Source: Dehalococcoidia bacterium
GTDB taxonomy: Bacteria; Chloroflexota; Dehalococcoidia; Lucifugimonadales; UBA3495
Direction: 5' to 3'
Assembly: GCA_965204905.1 (NCBI GenBank)
Contig: OZ242042.1
Span: 1,538,778-1,602,777, forward strand
Length of the DNA stretch: 64,000 bases
Position 1 is the first letter of the stretch. Each line of letters opens with the position of its first letter. Position numbers and translations under genes: made by a program. The notes below the pieces were generated by a model. The model was given only the letters and a program-made list of their open reading frames with translations, ran no database searches and had not been told where the DNA came from. Below are positions 38,250 through 46,300 of the stretch, piece by piece.

Positions 38250-39266
38250 GTGTTCAACCTGCTGGGCAGCGTCGGCCTCACCGTTGCCATTCTCGTTTTC
38301 CTGGCCAGCGCCGTGGCGGTGGTATTTCTCGGCGTTCAGCTGGCGAAATATGGGGATGCCCTGGCATCCCTGACCGGGTGGGGTCGCCTGTTTGTGGGGA
38401 GCATCCTGGTGGCGTTGGCAACGTCGCTGCCCGAGCTTTCCAACAACATCACTGCGGTGCAGATCGACAACCCGCAGTTGGCGTTAGGCAACGTTGTGGG
38501 CGCCAACATGATAAATATGTTCACCATGGCCATGGTGGCGCTGGTGTTCGGAGGCAAACGGTTCCTACAGCGCGTTGCCCCGGAACAGGGATACCTCATA
38601 ATGCTGGCGGCCATTTTGACCGGGTTGGCCGTGCTGTTCGCCGGTGTCAAGAACGGGGTGAACGTCTGGCAAATCGGCTTGTCGTCCATCATACTGCTCG
38701 TTGTCTATGTAGCCGGAATGTGGATTGTGTACCGACGCCGGCCGGCCGGTGGAGGCGACGAGGAAGAGGAAGATCCGGGCATGACATTGAGCAGGGCATG
38801 GCTGATGTTCGGCCTGGTCTCCGTCGGCGTCATCATCGCCGGGGTGTTCCTGGCCCAGAGCGTGGACCGGGTTGCGGATTTGACCGGCATCTCGTCCGGC
38901 GTTCTCGGCATCCTGGCCGTTTCCATCGTAACCACGATGCCGGAAGCATCGGCGACCGTCGCAGCGGCTCGTATGGGCGCCGCCGATCTGGGCGTGGCCG
39001 GTCTCTACGGGAGTTGCGTATTCAACGTGACGATCCTGTCCTTTGCCGATCCGTTCTACCGCAAGGGCATCGTGCTGAACCATCCGGAGCCTGAGCACTT
39101 CGTCGCCGGCATTTTCGCCGTCGTCCTGATCCTGTTCGGCGGCCTGATGCTCTGGGGACGCAATCGTTTGCCGCAGCCGGTCCTCGTGGCCGGATTGGCC
39201 CTGATGGCGTCGGCCTATATCGTTGGCGCAGTCTGGGTCGCTTTGCTGGGAGCGCCGACGGCCTAG
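38250..39266 (+). CDS. Sodium/calcium exchanger (CaCA family) membrane protein
   Basis: ORF track 338 aa, GTG start. Alpha-repeat motifs SLPELSNNITAV...GNVVGANMINMF and TTMPEASATVAAARMG, with multiple TM segments. Confidence 0.85.
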   Translation: MFNLLGSVGLTVAILVFLASAVAVVFLGVQLAKYGDALASLTGWGRLFVGSILVALATSLPELSNNITAVQIDNPQLALGNVVGANMINMFTMAMVALVFGGKRFLQRVAPEQGYLIMLAAILTGLAVLFAGVKNGVNVWQIGLSSIILLVVYVAGMWIVYRRRPAGGGDEEEEDPGMTLSRAWLMFGLVSVGVIIAGVFLAQSVDRVADLTGISSGVLGILAVSIVTTMPEASATVAAARMGAADLGVAGLYGSCVFNVTILSFADPFYRKGIVLNHPEPEHFVAGIFAVVLILFGGLMLWGRNRLPQPVLVAGLALMASAYIVGAVWVALLGAPTA

Positions 39267-39267
39267 G

Positions 39268-39756
39268 TTAAACTTGCGCCCCTTCGTATCTGGCCAGTTC
39301 TATGAAACCCTCGGCGTCGTCGTCCCAACCGAACAGCGCGGCTCCCACCACCCGCTCGGCGTCTATGCCCACCACCAGTTGCTGTACCGGGTAGGCTGGG
39401 CCGTCGCCCCAGGGACTGGTCGCCACCTCGCGGTCGGTATCGGACAGGTAGGCCCGACCATTGGGGTGGGAGTGGTAGATTATCCGCGCCGGGCTGTCGG
39501 AATCAAGACTGCGGTTGAGGGCCATCAGATCGTCCGAATTCAGTACGTAGGCGGTTTCCGCAGTTCTTTCCGAAGCAGTGGGGTGAGCGCCGCTGGCCTG
39601 GGCGTTCACGGCAGGACGGATCGTGTCCACAGCGTCGCCGTGCGGCGTTCCGGTCAGCCAGCCACAGCACTCTGCCGGGAAGGACGCCCGCGCCTCCCGG
39701 TACACCGCGTTCAGCAGCTCGACTGGTATGTTCAGCGGATTTGCAAAATTCGTCAT
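39268..39756 (-). CDS. Mov34/MPN/JAB-domain metalloprotease (JAMM motif)
   Basis: ORF track 162 aa. N-terminal Glu motif FPAECCGWL and the JAMM zinc site HSHPNGRAYLSDTD (HxH-x7-S-xx-D). AAGGGGG upstream of the ATG. Confidence 0.85.
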   Translation of the reverse strand: MTNFANPLNIPVELLNAVYREARASFPAECCGWLTGTPHGDAVDTIRPAVNAQASGAHPTASERTAETAYVLNSDDLMALNRSLDSDSPARIIYHSHPNGRAYLSDTDREVATSPWGDGPAYPVQQLVVGIDAERVVGAALFGWDDDAEGFIELARYEGAQV

Positions 39757-39917
39757 TAAACCCCCTTGTTACGAAATACGTAAGGTGATATGCTGATTCG
39801 CGCGCTTTTGCTGGTATTGCCGTAATACTCCGGTAATACAGTGGCGGTAAAATGAAATCACCATTGAAGCCAGCGGCGCGAAACAGCGGTATCGGCAACC
39901 TACCAGGAAAGAGGAAA

Positions 39918-40133
39918 ATGCAGACGCAGACCATTACCCGCAAGTCCCTATTGCGCAAGGCGTGCCCGCGTTGCGGTGGCGACGTTTGCCGGATGAGGGA
40001 TACATTCGGAGTTTATCACCAGTGCGCCCAGTGTGGACGCGAGTTCCGCCGACCGACCACGGCTACAGTATCGCCCGCCACCATCGACGCGCCGGCCAAT
40101 CCCATTGAACATAAAGAGCCGATGATGGTGTGA
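39918..40133 (+). CDS. Small zinc-ribbon protein, paralog A (CxxC-x16-CxxC)
   Basis: ORF 39852..40133 trimmed to ATG 39918 after the purine tract AGGAAAGAGGAAA (alternative start 39852). Core ACPRCGGDVCRMRDTFGVYHQCAQCGREF aligns with paralog B. A terminator hairpin follows. Confidence 0.6.
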   Translation: MQTQTITRKSLLRKACPRCGGDVCRMRDTFGVYHQCAQCGREFRRPTTATVSPATIDAPANPIEHKEPMMV

Positions 40134-40162
40134 CCATCACAACCGACAGACAACCCGCAGGC

Positions 40163-40192
40163 AGCGGCCTCGGAATTGTCTCCGAGGCCGCT
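40163..40192 (+). terminator. Hairpin AGCGGCCTCGGA-attgtc-TCCGAGGCCGCT
   Basis: 12-bp perfect stem 30 nt after the stop of zinc-ribbon A, followed by TTCAATTT. Confidence 0.65.
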
Positions 40193-40287
40193 TTCAATTT
40201 AACCGTAGCTTGACCTCCGACCAAGACCCGATAACGACAACCATCTGACCTGACGCTTTTGGCAATCACCGTCAACAAGGAGCACCG

Positions 40288-40530
40288 ATGATGGAGAGCA
40301 AAGTCAGCATCGAACGGTTTACTCAAGGCGCGCGTCGCCCCCGCGTGGCATTGCGGATGTGCCCACACTGCGGCGGCAACGTGCGCAAGATCCGCGACAT
40401 ATACGGAGCGTACCTGCAATGCCTACAGTGCAGCCGGGAAATCCAGCCGGCGGCATTGGCATCGGCGTCCCATGATTCGCCGGCGATCCGTCCCATGGGC
40501 CCGGACGCCCAGGAACTCATGATTGCCTGA
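40288..40530 (+). CDS. Small zinc-ribbon protein, paralog B (CxxC-x16-CxxC)
   Basis: ORF track 80 aa. AAGGAG lies 5 nt upstream of the ATG. Core MCPHCGGNVRKIRDIYGAYLQCLQCSREI. Confidence 0.65.
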   Translation: MMESKVSIERFTQGARRPRVALRMCPHCGGNVRKIRDIYGAYLQCLQCSREIQPAALASASHDSPAIRPMGPDAQELMIA

Positions 40531-40556
40531 ATTCGGCAAGGCCGGAGAATCCGATG

Positions 40557-40588
40557 GGGTTGGCCGCGTCTGCGGTCAGCCCTTTTTT
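40557..40588. terminator. Rho-independent terminator GGGTTGGCCGC-gtct-GCGGTCAGCCC-TTTTTT between convergent genes
   Basis: 11-bp stem (two G-U pairs) plus T6. Lies between the zinc-ribbon B stop (40530) and the phosphatase stop (40611). Confidence 0.75.
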
Positions 40589-40610
40589 ATTTGTCCAAGG
40601 TAGCGCCTGC

Positions 40611-41090
40611 CTAACGGTAACGCCGGGGGCGGTTGGCGTTTCGCTCCTGCACAAATTTTGCGTATTCCCGTACCACATTTTCCTGGCCGGGCGTCTGTAT
40701 GGAACCCGGGCGCAATTGCCGAATGTATGCGATGGCTTCCTCGGGATCGTATCCTGTGTTCACTAGATAAGAGGCCAGAATCGTACCGGTGCGCCCGATG
40801 CCGGCCGCGCAGGTTACCACCGTGGGGCGCTCCCAGGTCTCGATCTGCTGCTCGACGAAGTTCACAATCCGGTCGATTTGCTCCATGGTGGGCGCTTCGA
40901 AATCCGGCACCGGCTCGAAGAGTTCCGTAAAACCCCAGGGCTCGGCTGAGATTGTGTTTTCTTCCATACGGACCACGGCCGTGATGTCAAGTCGCTCGAA
41001 GTAGATCAGGTGGCGACGGTCCGTGGGACCCATCGAGCCGGCCAGTGAACCGTGTAAAATCCAGCTGAAGTTGCGGAAACTGTCTTGCAT
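40611..41090 (-). CDS. Dual-specificity / tyrosine protein phosphatase family protein
   Basis: ORF 40611..41159 trimmed to ATG 41090 (GGAGAGG upstream). Active-site loop VVTCAAGIGRTG (CX5R). Confidence 0.8.
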   Translation of the reverse strand: MQDSFRNFSWILHGSLAGSMGPTDRRHLIYFERLDITAVVRMEENTISAEPWGFTELFEPVPDFEAPTMEQIDRIVNFVEQQIETWERPTVVTCAAGIGRTGTILASYLVNTGYDPEEAIAYIRQLRPGSIQTPGQENVVREYAKFVQERNANRPRRYR

Positions 41091-41163
41091 GGGCCTCTCC
41101 GATGAACGTGCAGCTTCAGGCGGGCTGCGTGTAGCCTGGGCGTCAACCAGCCAATTCAAGGTC

Positions 41164-41172
41164 TGGTATAGT
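41164..41172 (+). promoter_or_regulatory. Extended -10 promoter element TGgTATAGT upstream of the crotonase gene
   Basis: TG at 41164-41165 and TATAGT at 41167-41172, 47 nt upstream of ATG 41219. Confidence 0.45.
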
Positions 41173-41218
41173 ATTGGCTACGGGCACGCTACCATGCTCG
41201 TAGCAACTGGAGCACTAG

Positions 41219-41998
41219 ATGCAGTATAGCAATATTACACTCGCACGGAACGATATGGTTGCGACGATTCGATTGAATCGACCCGACGCGCTGAACGCTC
41301 TAAGCCCCGATTTGCTTTGCGAATTCTCCCAGGCCACCAGGGAAGTATCCGAAGACCGAACCCTCAAAGCGCTGGTTGTGCGGGGAGAAGGACGGGGATT
41401 CTGCGCGGGAGCGGATCTGCTCTATTTCGACCGGGTTCTGGACGACCTGTCATTGCTACCGGACTACGTGCGCGACTTGAACGCCGCGCTGTTCTCTTTG
41501 GAGGAATTGCCCATACCCACGATAGCGGCAGTGCATGGTTACGCCCTGGCCGGTGGCATGGAGTTGATGATGGCCTGCGACATGGCGGTCGTCACCGAAG
41601 ACGCCCGCATTGGCGACCAGCACGCTAATTTCGGCCTGATACCCGGCGGTGGTTCGACCCAGCGTCTGCCGCGCCGCGTCGGAATGCCCCGCGCCATGGA
41701 ACTGCTGACCACCGGCAGGTGGCTCTCGGGCTCCGAAGCCGTGGCATGGGGCCTTGCCCTGCGGTCGGCACCGGCCGAACTGCTCGAAGACGAGCTGGAA
41801 TCATTGCTCGCCGGTTTGCGAACCAAGAGTCGCACCGGCCTGGCGCTGATGAAATCCCTCGCCCGTGCCAGCCAGGACGTTCCCCTTCGTGACGGCATTG
41901 CGCTGGAAGGGGCGACGTTCACACACCTTTTCGGAACGTCGCCACACCCCAGGGAAGGCATCACCGCGTTCAAGGAGAAGCGCCAGCCCGAATTTTAA
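41219..41998 (+). CDS. Enoyl-CoA hydratase/isomerase (crotonase) family protein
   Basis: ORF track 259 aa. LVVRGEGRGFCAGADL and AAVHGYALAGGMELMMACDMAV. Confidence 0.9.
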   Translation: MQYSNITLARNDMVATIRLNRPDALNALSPDLLCEFSQATREVSEDRTLKALVVRGEGRGFCAGADLLYFDRVLDDLSLLPDYVRDLNAALFSLEELPIPTIAAVHGYALAGGMELMMACDMAVVTEDARIGDQHANFGLIPGGGSTQRLPRRVGMPRAMELLTTGRWLSGSEAVAWGLALRSAPAELLEDELESLLAGLRTKSRTGLALMKSLARASQDVPLRDGIALEGATFTHLFGTSPHPREGITAFKEKRQPEF

Positions 41999-42026
41999 AC
42001 CAAACGACACAACACCAGGAGACGAT

Positions 42027-42905
42027 TTGAAGATCAAGAAAATACTAAACGAACGACGCACCATTTCATTCGAGTTCTTCCCGCCCCGGGAGGCGGACGG
42101 CGTACCGGCCGTCATAGATGTAATCAAGGGATTGCAGCAGTTCAGCCCCGATTTCGTATCGGTTACCTATGGCGCCGGCGGGGGCACCCGGGCCTTCACC
42201 GAAGAGATCACCATGCGGCTCAAGGCCGAAACTCCGCTGGAGGTGATGGCGCACCTGACTTGCGTCGCACAGACTCGCGCCGAAGTCCACGGCGTTTTGG
42301 AGCGGCTGCAAACCGCTGGGATCGAAAACGTGATCGCCCTGCGCGGCGACCGGCCGGCGGACAGCAATGAGACCGAGCCGGGGGTTGATGAATTCCCCCA
42401 TGCCACCGATTTGATAACCCACATCACGGACAACTTCGATTTTGGCATCGCGGGAGCCTGCTATCCGGAAGGCCACACCGAATCCACGGATCTGGACACG
42501 GATATCGAATACGCCCGCATGAAACAGGACCTGGGCGCTGACTTCCTCATCACGCAGCTGTTCTACGACAACGATTACTTCTACCGCTTCCAGGAACGCG
42601 CCGCTGCCGCCGGCATCACGGTGCCAGTGATCCCCGGCGTTCTGCCCATTCTCAGCACTCCCCAGATTCGGAGATTCACCTCCCTTTGTGGCGCGACCAT
42701 TCCGGCTGAGTTGGATGAGCGCCTGGAACGGTTCTCCGACGACAACCGCGCCGTGCGGGAAATTGGCGTCGAGCACGCCACGCGCCAGGCCGAAGACCTC
42801 TGGGCCAACGGCGTTCCAGGCATCCACTTCTACGTGCTGAACCGGCGCTATTCCGTGTCCCACATCCTGCGCGATTTGAACATCGACGGGCACACCGCCG
42901 AGTAA
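42027..42905 (+). CDS. metF: Methylenetetrahydrofolate reductase
   Basis: ORF 41865..42905 trimmed to TTG 42027, 4 nt after AGGAGA, because the longer form overlaps the crotonase gene. ISFEFFPPR, VSVTYGAGG, AHLTC and ALRGD motifs. Confidence 0.88.
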   Translation: MKIKKILNERRTISFEFFPPREADGVPAVIDVIKGLQQFSPDFVSVTYGAGGGTRAFTEEITMRLKAETPLEVMAHLTCVAQTRAEVHGVLERLQTAGIENVIALRGDRPADSNETEPGVDEFPHATDLITHITDNFDFGIAGACYPEGHTESTDLDTDIEYARMKQDLGADFLITQLFYDNDYFYRFQERAAAAGITVPVIPGVLPILSTPQIRRFTSLCGATIPAELDERLERFSDDNRAVREIGVEHATRQAEDLWANGVPGIHFYVLNRRYSVSHILRDLNIDGHTAE

Positions 42906-42912
42906 CACATTC

Positions 42913-42957
42913 GTCATTCCCGTCTTCCCCCAGTCATTCCCGCTTTTACGGGAAACC
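42913..42957. repeat. REP-like element, reverse orientation and degenerate: half-copy GTCATTCCCG plus GTCATTCCCGCTTTTACGGGAAACC
   Basis: The reverse complement resembles the 27-mer at 22190 and 27706. It has the same half-copy plus full-copy layout as 27706-27751, but inverted. Confidence 0.7.
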
Positions 42958-42997
42958 ACAGCCGCAGTTGGCAAAATCCTGTCCATCGACGTAAGAA

Positions 42998-43432
42998 ATG
43001 CTCACTACCGGAGTAGATTTCATCGAAATCGAGCGGGTCGCCAGCGTACTTGACCGCTATGGCGACCGGTTTCTGAGGCGTGTGTTTACGCCCGGCGAGA
43101 TCGCCTACTGTCGTGGCCGCGCCCCCAACCTGGCCGCTCGGTTCGCCGCTAAGGAAGCGGTGATGAAGTCACTCGGCACCGGCTTTCGCGGAGTTGGCTG
43201 GCGGGATGTTGAAGTGGTGCGCGCGCCCAGCGGCGCGCCCAGCCCCCGGCTGCACGGTCGCGCATTGCGCCGGGCCGAACGCCTCGGCGTCACCGAAATC
43301 GCAATCAGCCTGTCACACTCCCGGGGCTACGCGATGGTGGTCGCCGTCGCGTCGCGGCCGGACACCGAAGAATCGCGTCAGGCCGCCGCCGCAGTCCTGT
43401 GGGGCGATGACACGGCGCCGAGCGCCGGCTGA
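42998..43432 (+). CDS. acpS: Holo-[acyl-carrier-protein] synthase
   Basis: ORF track 144 aa. GVDFIEIERV...RFAAKEAVMKSLG...ISLSHS. Confidence 0.88.
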   Translation: MLTTGVDFIEIERVASVLDRYGDRFLRRVFTPGEIAYCRGRAPNLAARFAAKEAVMKSLGTGFRGVGWRDVEVVRAPSGAPSPRLHGRALRRAERLGVTEIAISLSHSRGYAMVVAVASRPDTEESRQAAAAVLWGDDTAPSAG

Positions 43433-43435
43433 GAT

Positions 43436-45004
43436 ATGACTGTCAGAGTCGTAACCGTCGCCCAGATGCAGGCGCTGGAAGACGCATCGGAACGGGCCGG
43501 CACAAGCAAAGACACCTTGATGGAAAACGCCGGCCTGGCCTGCGCGCAGCATGTACGCCGGCACATGGGCGGTGCGGCAGGTCGCAAAGCCCTTTTGCTG
43601 ATTGGACCAGGCAACAACGGCGCGGACGGCCTGGTGATCGCGCGGCATCTCCGGCGTTGGGGCGCCGAAGTTTGCTGCTACGTCGTCCGGGGCCGCCCCG
43701 ACCACGATCCCAAGATGACCGACGCGCAGGGCTACGACATGGAGGTTGCGCACGCCGACCAGGATCCCGGTTTCGCGCGACTGAGCGAATGGTTGTGCTC
43801 ATCCTCGGTGGTGGTCGATGCGATACTCGGCGCGGGGCGATACCGGCCCCTGGATGGAGCGGTAAGGGAAGTTGTTGCCTTGGCGAACCGTCATCGGTCT
43901 TCCGAGCCCGGCTGTTCCGTCATCAGCGTTGACTTGCCCACCGGCGTCAACCCGGATACCGGAGCAGCGGACGAGAACACGCTGGTTGCCGACGTAACCC
44001 TGGCCTTATGCTACCCTAAGTTCGGGATCGCTAACTTCCCCGGCGCCGGCTACGCCGGACGGATTGCCGTGTTGGGAATCGGGTTGTCGCCCCGGGCCCT
44101 TGAAGGCATTGACTTGCCGGTGGAGTGGATGTCCGAGTCGGCGGCCGCCGATTTGCTGCCGGCCCGCCCGCTGGATTCACATAAAGGCACCTACGGACAC
44201 CTTTTGATCGTGGCCGGTTCGCGGAACTTTGTCGGCGCATCGGTTCTGGCCGCCATGTCGGCGCACCGGGTCGGCGCAGGGTTGGTTACGCTGGCGACGC
44301 CGGAATCCGTGTATCCCATAGCGGCCTCAAAATTGACCGAAACCATACATTTGCCCCTGCCGGAGGACGCGGACGGAAGGATTGACGCGACGGCGGCTGA
44401 GGTGATCAAAGATCGTCTCGGCGGTTACTCGGCGTTGGCGGTGGGTTGTGGTCTGGGTTTGTCGCCCGGAACCTCGGAGTTTATTGAGCGGCTGCTGTTG
44501 ACGGACGTTGAAGTGCCAATGCCGCCGGTGGTCATTGACGCCGACGGGCTGAACAACCTTACCCGCTGCGAAGCCTGGCCGGCCCGGTTGCACACCTCCG
44601 CCGTACTGACACCACACCCCGGCGAAATGGCTACGCTGACCGGCCAACCCACCACTGAAGTACAGTCGGATCGCCTTGCCATTGCCGGCAGCTCGGCGGC
44701 CGAATGGGGCCAGACAGTGCTTCTGAAGGGCGCTCACAGCATCGTCGCATCGCCCGACGGCCGGCAGTGCATCCTGCCTTTTGCCAACCCCGCGCTGGCC
44801 GCCGGCGGGACGGGCGATGTGCTCACCGGGCTTATTGGCGGGCTGATGGCGCAGGGCCTGTCGCCTTACGAGGCTGCGCGGTTGGGCGGTTTCCTGCACG
44901 GGACCGCCGGAGAGACGGCGCGGAACCGCATGGGGAGCGCCGGCGTCGTTGCCACCGACCTGCTGCGACACATACCCTCTACCATCAAACAACTGCGGGG
45001 CTGA
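43436..45004 (+). CDS. nnr: Bifunctional NAD(P)H-hydrate repair enzyme (epimerase / ADP-dependent dehydratase)
   Basis: ORF track 522 aa. N-terminal YjeF_N (GPGNNGADG) and a C-terminal carbohydrate-kinase-like domain (HKGTYGHLLIVAGS...AAGGTGDVLTG). Confidence 0.9.
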   Translation: MTVRVVTVAQMQALEDASERAGTSKDTLMENAGLACAQHVRRHMGGAAGRKALLLIGPGNNGADGLVIARHLRRWGAEVCCYVVRGRPDHDPKMTDAQGYDMEVAHADQDPGFARLSEWLCSSSVVVDAILGAGRYRPLDGAVREVVALANRHRSSEPGCSVISVDLPTGVNPDTGAADENTLVADVTLALCYPKFGIANFPGAGYAGRIAVLGIGLSPRALEGIDLPVEWMSESAAADLLPARPLDSHKGTYGHLLIVAGSRNFVGASVLAAMSAHRVGAGLVTLATPESVYPIAASKLTETIHLPLPEDADGRIDATAAEVIKDRLGGYSALAVGCGLGLSPGTSEFIERLLLTDVEVPMPPVVIDADGLNNLTRCEAWPARLHTSAVLTPHPGEMATLTGQPTTEVQSDRLAIAGSSAAEWGQTVLLKGAHSIVASPDGRQCILPFANPALAAGGTGDVLTGLIGGLMAQGLSPYEAARLGGFLHGTAGETARNRMGSAGVVATDLLRHIPSTIKQLRG

Positions 45005-45005
45005 T

Positions 45006-45449
45006 ATGGCAGGCGAACGTGATGGCGCAGTTCTCAGCGAACGGCAAATTGAACTGCTGAATCAAACACCGGTGGGTCATCTGGCCACCGCCGACGCAAA
45101 TGGCCGTCCGCATGTCATCCCGTTCTGCTTTGTCTGCGATGGCGGGATCATATATTCCGTGCTCGACGCCAAGCCGAAGAGCGCCGATCTCAAAAGCCTG
45201 CGGCGCGTCCGCAACATCCTGGAGAACCCGCGCGTTTCAGTGCTGATAGACCATTACGAAGCGGACTGGTCGAGGCTCTGGTATCTGCTGGTGCAGGGCC
45301 GCGCCGAGTTGCTCGAACCGTGCCCGGAACAGGCAGCGGCGGTCTCATTGCTGCGCGGCAAATACCAACAGTATCGGCGGATGGATCTGGAAGACAGTCC
45401 GGTAATCAAGATCACCCCGGACCGCGCCACGGGATGGTCGGGGGCCTGA
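45006..45449 (+). CDS. PPOX-class (pyridoxamine 5'-phosphate oxidase-like) probable F420-dependent oxidoreductase
   Basis: ORF 44949..45449 trimmed to ATG 45006, 2 nt after the nnr stop. GHLATADANGRPHVIPFCF...RNILENPRVSVLIDHYEADWSRLWYLLVQG. Confidence 0.8.
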   Translation: MAGERDGAVLSERQIELLNQTPVGHLATADANGRPHVIPFCFVCDGGIIYSVLDAKPKSADLKSLRRVRNILENPRVSVLIDHYEADWSRLWYLLVQGRAELLEPCPEQAAAVSLLRGKYQQYRRMDLEDSPVIKITPDRATGWSGA

Positions 45450-45469
45450 ATCGCCCGACAGCGCGCGCC

Positions 45470-45498
45470 TTGACCCCATTCTCAGACACCCCTAGAAT
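45470..45498 (+). promoter_or_regulatory. Sigma70-type promoter (TTGACC-17 nt-TAGAAT)
   Basis: TTGACC at 45470-45475 and TAGAAT at 45493-45498, 31 nt upstream of ATG 45529. Confidence 0.6.
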
Positions 45499-45528
45499 GC
45501 CCGCAGCCTTTACGCCGGCGAGGTTACG

Positions 45529-46242
45529 ATGGTGCAATTGGTTTTCATTCACGGTCCGGGCGCTGGCGGATGCGCTGATTCCTACGTCAACCAGTTGGCC
45601 CATTACCCGGGCAGCTTGGCTCCCCACTTGCCCGGGCATCTTGATGGGGTGCCGTGCAGCAGCGTGGAGCGATACACCGACTGGCTGCGTGGCTGGCTCC
45701 ATGCGAAAGGGCACGACCACGACCTCGTGTTGAGCGGTTTCACCTTGGGCGCCTGCATCGCGTTGCAGTACGCGCTGGACTATCCGGATGAAGTGAAAGG
45801 GCTGGCTTTGATGACGATTGCCATGCGGCCCAAGCGGAGACGTCCCGAGGATTTGCAGTTCCGCCTTGACGCCGCCGCCGATGCGGCAACGTATGAGAAG
45901 TGGCTGGGAATGATGGACGGCATCATGCACTTCATCGAGCCCGACCTGCGCGAGAAACTGCTGCAACGGCATCGTGAGGTTGGCCCGAGGGCGCAACACG
46001 GCGACCTGGTAGTGATTGATCGATTCGACGTGCGCGACCGCATCCACACGCTACAGGTTCCGCTGCTGCTGATCCAGGGCGTGGACGACCCGCTGGCGAC
46101 CGGCGATTACGAAGAGGAAATTCACCGCGCCGTTGCCGGCTCGAAGCTTATCAAGATGAAGGACGCCGGTCACTTCCCCATGGTCGAGAAGCCCGGCGAA
46201 TTCAACGCGGCGGTGGACGCTTTCCTCGCCGATCTCGGCTGA
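45529..46242 (+). CDS. Alpha/beta hydrolase fold protein (nucleophile elbow reads GFTLG)
   Basis: ORF track 237 aa. LVFIHGPGAG...LSGFTLGACIAL...GHFPMVEKP. Confidence 0.8.
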   Translation: MVQLVFIHGPGAGGCADSYVNQLAHYPGSLAPHLPGHLDGVPCSSVERYTDWLRGWLHAKGHDHDLVLSGFTLGACIALQYALDYPDEVKGLALMTIAMRPKRRRPEDLQFRLDAAADAATYEKWLGMMDGIMHFIEPDLREKLLQRHREVGPRAQHGDLVVIDRFDVRDRIHTLQVPLLLIQGVDDPLATGDYEEEIHRAVAGSKLIKMKDAGHFPMVEKPGEFNAAVDAFLADLG

Positions 46243-46300
46243 TTTGCTATCCTGTTGATCCGGCACATTCCTGAAAAAACCACCCTGGAGGAATCATACC

